A stretch of DNA of 64,000 bases, taken from positions 16,616,001 to 16,680,000 of the forward strand of contig OZ059900.1 in NCBI GenBank assembly GCA_964057225.1, in the 5' to 3' direction. Below are positions 1-10,260 of the stretch, piece by piece (position 1 is the first letter of the stretch; every line of letters begins with the position of its first letter). The position numbers were made by a program, and so were the translations under genes. This stretch comes from Auanema rhodensis (Eukaryota > Animalia > Nematoda). The notes beneath the pieces were generated by a model. The model saw nothing but the letters and a program-made list of their open reading frames with translations, had not been told where the DNA came from and did no database searches.

Positions 1-342
1 GAAACCTAGCTCAAAATTGTTCGTACAACGTCTAGTTCCACTTTCACGACAAAAAAACAGGGGTTAGAAAATTAAGGAAATTAGCATATTCTGAGGGCAC
101 GCCCCTTATGGCTAATATTGATTAAATCGATTTTTGTTCATATGAGTCGTCAAATGCAACGAATTTCAGCGTGTTACATACTAAAATGAAGCATTTTACA
201 TGCTGAACACTAGAAAAATACAAAAACACAGTATTTCCCATGAGAAATATTTTATTATGCTGGAAAACCAGTTTTTGGAAATTTCGCTGTAAACAAGGTT
301 TTGACTTACGATTTCATGTGTTCAAACTCATGCAATGTCAAT
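1..342. repeat. Consensus monomer (M1), 342 bp, 116 G+C (34%), 10 CpG
   Basis: Identical to e.g. M6, M7, M14, M20-22, M96-97 and M177 as read by eye. Base counts done by hand (59 C, 57 G). The phase of the monomer start is arbitrary. Confidence 0.97.
282..298 (+). other. CENP-B-box-like 17-mer TTTCGCTGTAAACAAGG (once per monomer)
   Basis: Matches 7 of 9 core positions of NTTCGNNNNANNCGGGN and 11/17 bases of human CTTCGTTGGAAACGGGA. CGGG is CAAG here, so it is not a canonical box. Confidence 0.35.
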
Positions 343-3300
343 GAAACCTAGCTCAAAATTGTTCGTACAACGTCTAGTTCCACTTTCACGACAAAAAAAC
401 AGGGGTTAGAAAATTAAGGAAATTAGCATATTCTGAGGGCACGCCCCTTATGGCTAATATTGATTAAATCGATTTTTGTTCATATGAGTCGTCAAATGCA
501 ACGAATTTCAGCGTGTTACATACTAAAATGAAGCATTTTACATGCTGAACACTAGAAAAATACAAAAACACAGTATTTCAAATGAGAAATATTTTATTAT
601 GCTGGAAAACCAGTTTTTGGAAATTTCGCTGTAAACAAGGTTTTGACTTACGATTTCATGTGTTCAAACTCATGCAATGTCAATGAAACCTAGCTCAAAA
701 TTGTTCGTACAACGTCTAGTTCCACTTTCACGACAAAAAAACAGGGGTTAGAAAATTAAGGAAATTAGCATATTCTGAGGGCACGCCCGTTATGGCTAAT
801 ATTGATTAAATCGATTTTTGTTCATATGAGTCGTCAAATGCAACGAATTTCAGCGTGTTACAAACTAAAATGAAGCATTTTACATGCTGAACACTAGAAA
901 AATACAAAAACACAGTGTTTCCCATGAGAAATATTTTATTATGCTGGAAAACCAGTTTTTGGAAATTTCGCTGTAAACAAGGTTTTGACTTACGATTTCA
1001 TGTGTTCAAACTCATGCAATGTCAATGAAACCTAGCTCAAAATTGTTCGTACAACGTCTAGTTCCACTTTCACGACAAAAAAACAGGGGTTAGAAAATTA
1101 AGGAAATTAGCATATTCTGAGGGCACGCCCCTCATGGCTAATATTGATTAAATCGATTTTTGTTCATATGAGTCGTCAAATGCAACGAATTTCAGCGTGT
1201 TACATACTAAAATGAAGCATTTTACATGCTGAACACTAGAAAAATACAAAAACACAGTATTTCCCATGAGAAATATTTTATTATGCTGGAAAACCAGTTT
1301 TTGGAAATTTCGCTGTAAACAAGGTTTTGACTTACGATTTCATGTGTTCAAACTCATGCAATGTCAATGAAACCTAGCTCAAAATTGTTCGTACAACGTC
1401 TAGTTCCACTTTCACGACAAAAAAACAGGGGTTAGAAAATTAAGGAAATTAGCATATTCTGAGGGCACGCCCCTTATGGCTAATATTGATTAAATCGATT
1501 TTTGTTCATATGAGTCGTCAAATGCAACGAATTTCAGCGTGTTACATACTAAAATGAAGCATTTTACATGCTGAACACTAGAAAAATACAAAAACACAGT
1601 ATTCCCCATGAGAAATATTTTATTATGCTGGAAAACCAGTTTTTGGAAATTTCGCTGTAAACAAGGTTTTGACTTACGATTTCATGTGTTCAAACTCATG
1701 CAATGTCAATGAAACCTAGCTCAAAATTGTTCGTACAACGTCTAGTTCCACTTTCACGACAAAAAAACAGGGGTTAGAAAATTAAGGAAATTAGCATATT
1801 CTGAGGGCACGCCCCTTATGGCTAATATTGATTAAATCGATTTTTGTTCATATGAGTCGTCAAATGCAACGAATTTCAGCGTGTTACATACTAAAATGAA
1901 GCATTTTACATGCTGAACACTAGAAAAATACAAAAACACAGTATTTCCCATGAGAAATATTTTATTATGCTGGAAAACCAGTTTTTGGAAATTTCGCTGT
2001 AAACAAGGTTTTGACTTACGATTTCATGTGTTCAAACTCATGCAATGTCAATGAAACCTAGCTCAAAATTGTTCGTACAACGTCTAGTTCCACTTTCACG
2101 ACAAAAAAACAGGGGTTAGAAAATTAAGGAAATTAGCATATTCTGAGGGCACGCCCCTTATGGCTAATATTGATTAAATCGATTTTTGTTCATATGAGTC
2201 GTCAAATGCAACGAATTTCAGCGTGTTACATACTAAAATGAAGCATTTTACATGCTGAACACTAGAAAAATACAAAAACACAGTATTTCCCATGAGAAAT
2301 ATTTTATTATGCTGGAAAACCAGTTTTTGGAAATTTCGCTGTAAACAAGGTTTTGACTTACGATTTCATGTGTTCAAACTCATGCAATGTCAATGAAACC
2401 TAGCTCAAAATTGTTCGTACAACGTCTAGTTCCACTTTCACGACAAAAAAACAGGGGTTAGAAAATTAAGGAAATTAGCATATTCTGAGGGCACGCCCCT
2501 TATGGCTAATATTGATTAAATCGATTTTTGTTCATATGAGTCGTCAAATGCAACGAATTTCAGCGTGTTACATACTAAAATGAAGCATTTTACATGCTGA
2601 ACACTAGAAAAATACAAAAACACAGTATTTCAAATGAGAAATATTTTATTATGCTGGAAAACCAGTTTTTGGAAATTTCGCTGTAAACAAGGTTTTGACT
2701 TACGATTTCATGTGTTCAAACTCATGCAATGTCAATGAAACCTAGCTCAAAATTGTTCGTACAACGTCTAGTTCCACTTTCACGACAAAAAAACAGGGGT
2801 TAGAAAATTAAGGAAATTAGCATATTCTGAGGGCACGCCCCTTATGGCTAATATTGATTAAATCGATTTTTGTTCATATGAGTCGTCAAATGCAACGAAT
2901 TTCAGCGTGTTACAAACTAAAATGAAGCATTTTACATGCTGAACACTAGAAAAATACAAAAACACAGTATTCCCCATGAGAAATATTTTATTATGCTGGA
3001 AAACCAGTTTTTGGAAATTTCGCTGTAAACAAGGTTTTGACTTACGATTTCATGTGTTCAAACTCATGCAATGTCAATGAAACCTAGCTCAAAAATGTTC
3101 GTACAACGTCTAGTTCCACTTTCACGACAAAAAAACAGGGGTTAGAAAATTAAGGAAATTAGCATATTCTGAGGGCACGCCCCTTATGGCTAATATTGAT
3201 TAAATCGATTTTTGTTCATATGAGTCGTCAAATGCAACGAATTTCAGCGTGTTACATACTAAAATGAAGCATTTTACATGCTGAACACTAGAAAAATACA

Positions 3301-6300
3301 AAAACACAGTATTTCCCATGAGAAATATTTTATTATGCTGGAAAACCAGTTTTTGGAAATTTCGCTGTAAACAAGGTTTTGACTTACGATTTCATGTGTT
3401 CAAACTCATGCAATGTCAATGAAACCTAGCTCAAAATTGTTCGTACAACGTCTAGTTCCACTTTCACGACAAAAAAACAGGGGTTAGAAAATTAAGGAAA
3501 TTAGCATATTCTGAGGGCACGCCCCTTATGGCTAATATTGATTAAATCGATTTTTGTTCATATGAGTCGTCAAATGCAACGAATTTCAGCGTGTTACATA
3601 CTAAAATGAAGCATTTTACATGCTGAACACTAGAAAAATACAAAAACACAGTATTTCAAATGAGAAATATTTTATTATGCTGGAAAACCAGTTTTTGGAA
3701 ATTTCGCTGTAAACAAGGTTTTGACTTACGATTTCATGTGTTCAAACTCATGCAATGTCAATGAAACCTAGCTCAAAATTGTTCGTACAACGTCTAGTTC
3801 CACTTTCACGACAAAAAAACAGGGGTTAGAAAATTAAGGAAATTAGCATATTCTGAGGGCACGCCCCTTATGGCTAATATTGATTAAATCGATTTTTGTT
3901 CATATGAGTCGTCAAATGCAACGAATTTCAGCGTGTTACAAACTAAAATGAAGCATTTTACATGCTGAACACTAGAAAAATACAAAAACACAGTGTTTCC
4001 CATGAGAAATATTTTATTATGCTGGAAAACCAGTTTTTGGAAATTTCGCTGTAAACAAGGTTTTGACTTACGATTTCATGTGTTCAAACTCATGCAATGT
4101 CAATGAAACCTAGCTCAAAATTGTTCGTACAACGTCTAGTTCCACTTTCACGACAAAAAAACAGGGGTTAGAAAATTAAGGAAATTAGCATATTCTGAGG
4201 GCACGCCCCTCATGGCTAATATTGATTAAATCGATTTTTGTTCATATGAGTCGTCAAATGCAACGAATTTCAGCGTGTTACATACTAAAATGAAGCATTT
4301 TACATGCTGAACACTAGAAAAATACAAAAACACAGTATTTCCCATGAGAAATATTTTATTATGCTGGAAAACCAGTTTTTGAAAATTTCGCTGTAAACAA
4401 AGTTTTGACTTACGATTGCATGTGTTCAAACTCATGCAATGTCAATGAAACCTAGCTCAAAATTGTTCGTACAACGTCTAGTTCCACTTTCACGACAAAA
4501 AAACAGGGGTTAGAAAATTAAGGAAATTAGCATATTCTGAGGGCACGCCCCTTATGGCTAATATTGATTAAATCGATTTTTGTTCATATGAGTCGTCAAA
4601 TGCAACGAATTTCAGCGTGTTACATACTAAAATGAAGCATTTTACATGCTGAACACTAGAAAAATACAAAAACACAGTATTTCCCATGAGAAATATTTTA
4701 TTATGCTGGAAAACCAGTTTTTGGAAATTTCGCTGTAAACAAGGTTTTGACTTACGATTTCATGTGTTCAAACTCATGCAATGTCAATGAAACCTAGCTC
4801 AAAATTGTTCGTACAACGTCTAGTTCCACTTTCACAACAAAAAAACAGGGGTTAGAAAATTAAGGAAATTAGCATATTCTGAGGGCACGCCCCTTATGGC
4901 TAATATTGATTAAATCGATTTTTGTTCATATGAGTCGTCAAATGCAACGAATTTCAGCGTGTTACATACTAAAATGAAGCATTTTACATGCTGAACACTA
5001 GAAAAATACAAAAACACAGTATTTCCCATGAGAAATATTTTATTATGCTGGAAAACCAGTTTTTGGAAATTTCGCTGTAAACAAGGTTTTGACTTACGAT
5101 TTCATGTGTTCAAACTCATGCAATGTCAATGAAACCTAGCTCAAAATTGTTCGTACAACGTCTAGTTCCACTTTCACGACAAAAAAACAGGGGTTAGAAA
5201 ATTAAGGAAATTAGCATATTCTGAGGGCACGCCCCTTATGGCTAATATTGATTAAATCGATTTTTGTTCATATGAGTCGTCAAATGCAACGAATTTCAGC
5301 GTGTTACAAACTAAAATGAAGCATTTTACATGCTGAACACTAGAAAAATACAAAAACACAGTGTTTCTCATGAGAAATATTTTATTATGCTGGAAAACCA
5401 GTTTTTGGAAATTTCGCTGTAAACAAGGTTTTGACTTACGATTTCATGTGTTCAAACTCATGCAATGTCAATGAAACCTAGCTCAAAATTGTTCGTACAA
5501 CGTCTAGTTCCACTTTCACGACAAAAAAACAGGGGTTAGAAAATTAAGGAAATTAGCATATTCTGAGGGCACGCCCCTCATGGCTAATATTGATTAAATC
5601 GATTTTTGTTCATATGAGTCGTCAAATGCAACGAATTTCAGCGTGTTACATACTAAAATGAAGCATTTTACATGCTGAACACTAGAAAAATACAAAAACA
5701 CAGTATTCCCCATGAGAAATATTTTATTATGCTGGAAAACCAGTTTTTGGAAATTTCGCTGTAAACAAGGTTTTGACTTACGATTTCATGTGTTCAAACT
5801 CATGCAATGTCAATGAAACCTAGCTCAAAATTGTTCGTACAACGTCTAGTTCCACTTTCACGACAAAAAAACAGGGGTTAGAAAATTAAGGAAATTAGCA
5901 TATTCTGAGGGCACGCCCCTTATGGCTAATATTGATTAAATCGATTTTTGTTCATATGAGTCGTCAAATGCAACGAATTTCAGCGTGTTACAAACTAAAA
6001 TGAAGCATTTTACATGCTGAACACTAGAAAAATACAAAAACACAGTATTTCCCATGAGAAATATTTTATTATGCTGGAAAACCAGTTTTTGGAAATTTCG
6101 CTGTAAACAAGGTTTTGACTTACGATTTCATGTGTTCAAACTCATGCAATGTCAATGAAACCTAGCTCAAAATTGTTCGTACAACGTCTAGTTCCACTTT
6201 CACGACAAAAAAACAGGGGTTAGAAAATTAAGGAAATTAGCATATTCTGAGGGCACGCCCCTCATGGCTAATATTGATTAAATCGATTTTTGTTCATATG

Positions 6301-9300
6301 AGTCGTCAAATGCAACGAATTTCAGCGTGTTACATACTAAAATGAAGCATTTTACATGCTGAACACTAGAAAAATACAAAAACACAGTATTCCCCATGAG
6401 AAATATTTTATTATGCTGGAAAACCAGTTTTTGGAAATTTCGCTGTAAACAAGGTTTTGACTTACGATTTCATGTGTTCAAACTCATGCAATGTCAATGA
6501 AACCTAGCTCAAAATTGTTCGTACAACGTCTAGTTCCACTTTCACGACAAAAAAACAGGGGTTAGAAAATTAAGGAAATTAGCATATTCTGAGGGCACGC
6601 CCCTTATGGCTAATATTGATTAAATCGATTTTTGTTCATATGAGTCGTCAAATGCAACGAATTTCAGCGTGTTACATACTAAAATGAAGCATTTTACATG
6701 CTGAACACTAGAAAAATACAAAAACACAGTATTTCCCATGAGAAATATTTTATTATGCTGGAAAACCAGTTTTTGGAAATTTCGCTGTAAACAAGGTTTT
6801 GACTTACGATTTCATGTGTTCAAACTCATGCAATGTCAATGAAACCTAGCTCAAAATTGTTCGTACAACGTCTAGTTCCACTTTCACGACAAAAAAACAG
6901 GGGTTAGAAAATTAAGGAAATTAGCATATTCTGAGGGCACGCCCCTTATGGCTAATATTGATTAAATCGATTTTTGTTCATATGAGTCGTCAAATGCAAC
7001 GAATTTCAGCGTGTTACATACTAAAATGAAGCATTTTACATGCTGAACACTAGAAAAATACAAAAACACAGTATTTCCCATGAGAAATATTTTATTATGC
7101 TGGAAAACCAGTTTTTGGAAATTTCGCTGTAAACAAGGTTTTGACTTACGATTTCATGTGTTCAAACTCATGCAATGTCAATGAAACCTAGCTCAAAATT
7201 GTTCGTACAACGTCTAGTTCCACTTTCACGACAAAAAAACAGGGGTTAGAAAATTAAGGAAATTAGCATATTCTGAGGGCACGCCCCTTATGGCTAATAT
7301 TGATTAAATCGATTTTTGTTCATATGAGTCGTCAAATGCAACGAATTTCAGCGTGTTACATACTAAAATGAAGCATTTTACATGCTGAACACTAGAAAAA
7401 TACAAAAACACAGTATTTCCCATGAGAAATATTTTATTATGCTGGAAAACCAGTTTTTGGAAATTTCGCTGTAAACAAGGTTTTGACTTACGATTTCATG
7501 TGTTCAAACTCATGCAATGTCAATGAAACCTAGCTCAAAATTGTTCGTACAACGTCTAGTTCCACTTTCACGACAAAAAAACAGGGGTTAGAAAATTAAG
7601 GAAATTAGCATATTCTGAGGGCACGCCCCTTATGGCTAATATTGATTAAATCGATTTTTGTTCATATGAGTCGTCAAATGCAACGAATTTCAGCGTGTTA
7701 CATACTAAAATGAAGCATTTTACATGCTGAACACTAGAAAAATACAAAAACACAGTATTTCCCATGAGAAATATTTTATCATGCTGGAAAACCAGTTTTT
7801 GGAAATTTCGCTGTAAACAAGGTTTTGACTTACGATTTCATGTGTTCAAACTCATGCAATGTCAATGAAACCTAGCTCAAAATTGTTTGTACAACGTCTA
7901 GTTCCACTTTCACGACAAAAAAACAAGGGTTAGAAAATTAAGGAAATTAGCATATTCTGAGGGCACGCCCCTTATGGCTAATATTGATTAAATCGATTTT
8001 TGTTCATATGAGTCGTCAAATGCAACGAATTTCAGCGTGTTACATACTAAAATGAAGCATTTTACATGCTGAACACTAGAAAAATACAAAAACACAGTAT
8101 TTCCCATGAGAAATATTTTATTATGCTGGAAAACCAGTTTTTGGAAATTTCGCTGTAAACAAGGTTTTGACTTACGATTTCATGTGTTCAAACTCATGCA
8201 ATGTCAATGAAACCTAGCTCAAAATTGTTTGTACAACGTCTAGTTCCACTTTCACGACAAAAAAACAGGGGTTAGAAAATTAAGGAAATTAGCATATTCT
8301 GAGGGCACGCCCCTTATGGCTAATATTGATTAAATCGATTTTTGTTCATATGAGTCGTCAAATGCAACGAATTTCAGCGTGTTACATACTAAAATGAAGC
8401 ATTTTACATGCTGAACACTAGAAAAATACAAAAACACAGTATTCCCCATGAGAAATATTTTATTATGCTGGAAAACCAGTTTTTGGAAATTTCGCTGTAA
8501 ACAAGGTTTTGACTTACGATTTCATGTGTTCAAACTCATGCAATGTCAATGAAACCTAGCTCAAAATTGTTCGTACAACGTCTAGTTCCACTTTCACGAC
8601 AAAAAAACAGGGGTTAGAAAATTAAGGAAATTAGCATATTCTGAGGGCACGCCCCTTATGGCTAATATTGATTAAATCGATTTTTGTTCATATGAGTCGT
8701 CAAATGCAACGAATTTCAGCGTGTTACAAACTAAAATGAAGCATTTTACATGCTGAACACTAGAAAAATACAAAAACACAGTATTTCCCATGAGAAATAT
8801 TTTATTATGCTGGAAAACCAGTTTTTGGAAATTTCGCTGTAAACAAGGTTTTGACTTACGATTTCATGTGTTCAAACTCATGCAATGTCAATGAAACCTA
8901 GCTCAAAATTGTTCGTACAACGTCTAGTTCCACTTTCACGACAAAAAAACAGGGGTTAGAAAATTAAGGAAATTAGCATATTCTGAGGGCACGCCCCTCA
9001 TGGCTAATATTGATTAAATCGATTTTTGTTCATATGAGTCGTCAAATGCAACGAATTTCAGCGTGTTACATACTAAAATGAAGCATTTTACATGCTGAAC
9101 ACTAGAAAAATACAAAAACACAGTATTCCCCATGAGAAATATTTTATTATGCTGGAAAACCAGTTTTTGGAAATTTCGCTGTAAACAAGGTTTTGACTTA
9201 CGATTTCATGTGTTCAAACTCATGCAATGTCAATGAAACCTAGCTCAAAATTGTTCGTACAACGTCTAGTTCCACTTTCACGACAAAAAAACAGGGGTTA

Positions 9301-10260
9301 GAAAATTAAGGAAATTAGCATATTCTGAGGGCACGCCCCTTATGGCTAATATTGATTAAATCGATTTTTGTTCATATGAGTCGTCAAATGCAACGAATTT
9401 CAGCGTGTTACATACTAAAATGAAGCATTTTACATGCTGAACACTAGAAAAATACAAAAACACAGTATTTCCCATGAGAAATATTTTATTATGCTGGAAA
9501 ACCAGTTTTTGGAAATTTCGCTGTAAACAAGGTTTTGACTTACGATTTCATGTGTTCAAACTCATGCAATGTCAATGAAACCTAGCTCAAAATTGTTCGT
9601 ACAACGTCTAGTTCCACTTTCACGACAAAAAAACAGGGGTTAGAAAATTAAGGAAATTAGCATATTCTGAGGGCACGCCCCTTATGGCTAATATTGATTA
9701 AATCGATTTTTGTTCATATGAGTCGTCAAATGCAACGAATTTCAGCGTGTTACATACTAAAATGAAGCATTTTACATGCTGAACACTAGAAAAATACAAA
9801 AACACAGTATTTCCCATGAGAAATATTTTATTATGCTGGAAAACCAGTTTTTGGAAATTTCGCTGTAAACAAGGTTTTGACTTACGATTTCATGTGTTCA
9901 AACTCATGCAATGTCAATGAAACCTAGCTCAAAATTGTTCGTACAACGTCTAGTTCCACTTTCACGACAAAAAAACAGGGGTTAGAAAATTAAGGAAATT
10001 AGCATATTCTGAGGGCACGCCCCTTATGGCTAATATTGATTAAATCGATTTTTGTTCATATGAGTCGTCAAATGCAACGAATTTCAGCGTGTTACATACT
10101 AAAATGAAGCATTTTACATGCTGAACACTAGAAAAATACAAAAACACAGTATTTCCCATGAGAAATATTTTATCATGCTGGAAAACCAGTTTTTGGAAAT
10201 TTCGCTGTAAACAAGGTTTTGACTTACGATTTCATGTGTTCAAACTCATGCAATGTCAAT

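Noticed and set aside
60-67. Telomere-like GGGGTTAG
   Set aside because: A single unit per monomer, not tandem, and often mutated (59G, 60A, 62T); too few G-runs for a G-quadruplex.
115-153. 39-bp stretch with no observed variants as a conserved functional box
   Set aside because: With about 40 variant sites in 342 bp, a longest gap of this order is not clearly beyond chance.
122-241. 39-aa minus-strand ORF (MGNTVFLYF...QKSI) in consensus monomers
   Set aside because: Its length is expected by chance, and variant monomers disrupt it (start lost with 238-239AA or 239T; 1-bp frameshifts) with no sign of constraint.
1-342. Primate alpha satellite (171-bp unit or ~340-bp dimer)
   Set aside because: Only the length and a degenerate box are similar; I see no recognisable alpha-satellite consensus sequence.
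1-342. 5S rDNA, tRNA or snRNA tandem gene array, or tandem MITE/SINE
   Set aside because: No recognisable RNA gene sequence, Pol III A/B/C boxes, terminal inverted repeats or target-site duplications.
4226-4435. 69-aa minus-strand ORF (also 19271-19480 and 34997-35206)
   Set aside because: It lies inside a satellite monomer and is open only because 314 T>G turns codon 6 from TGA to TGC. No recognisable domain or gene context; the three copies are explained by macro-duplication and conversion.
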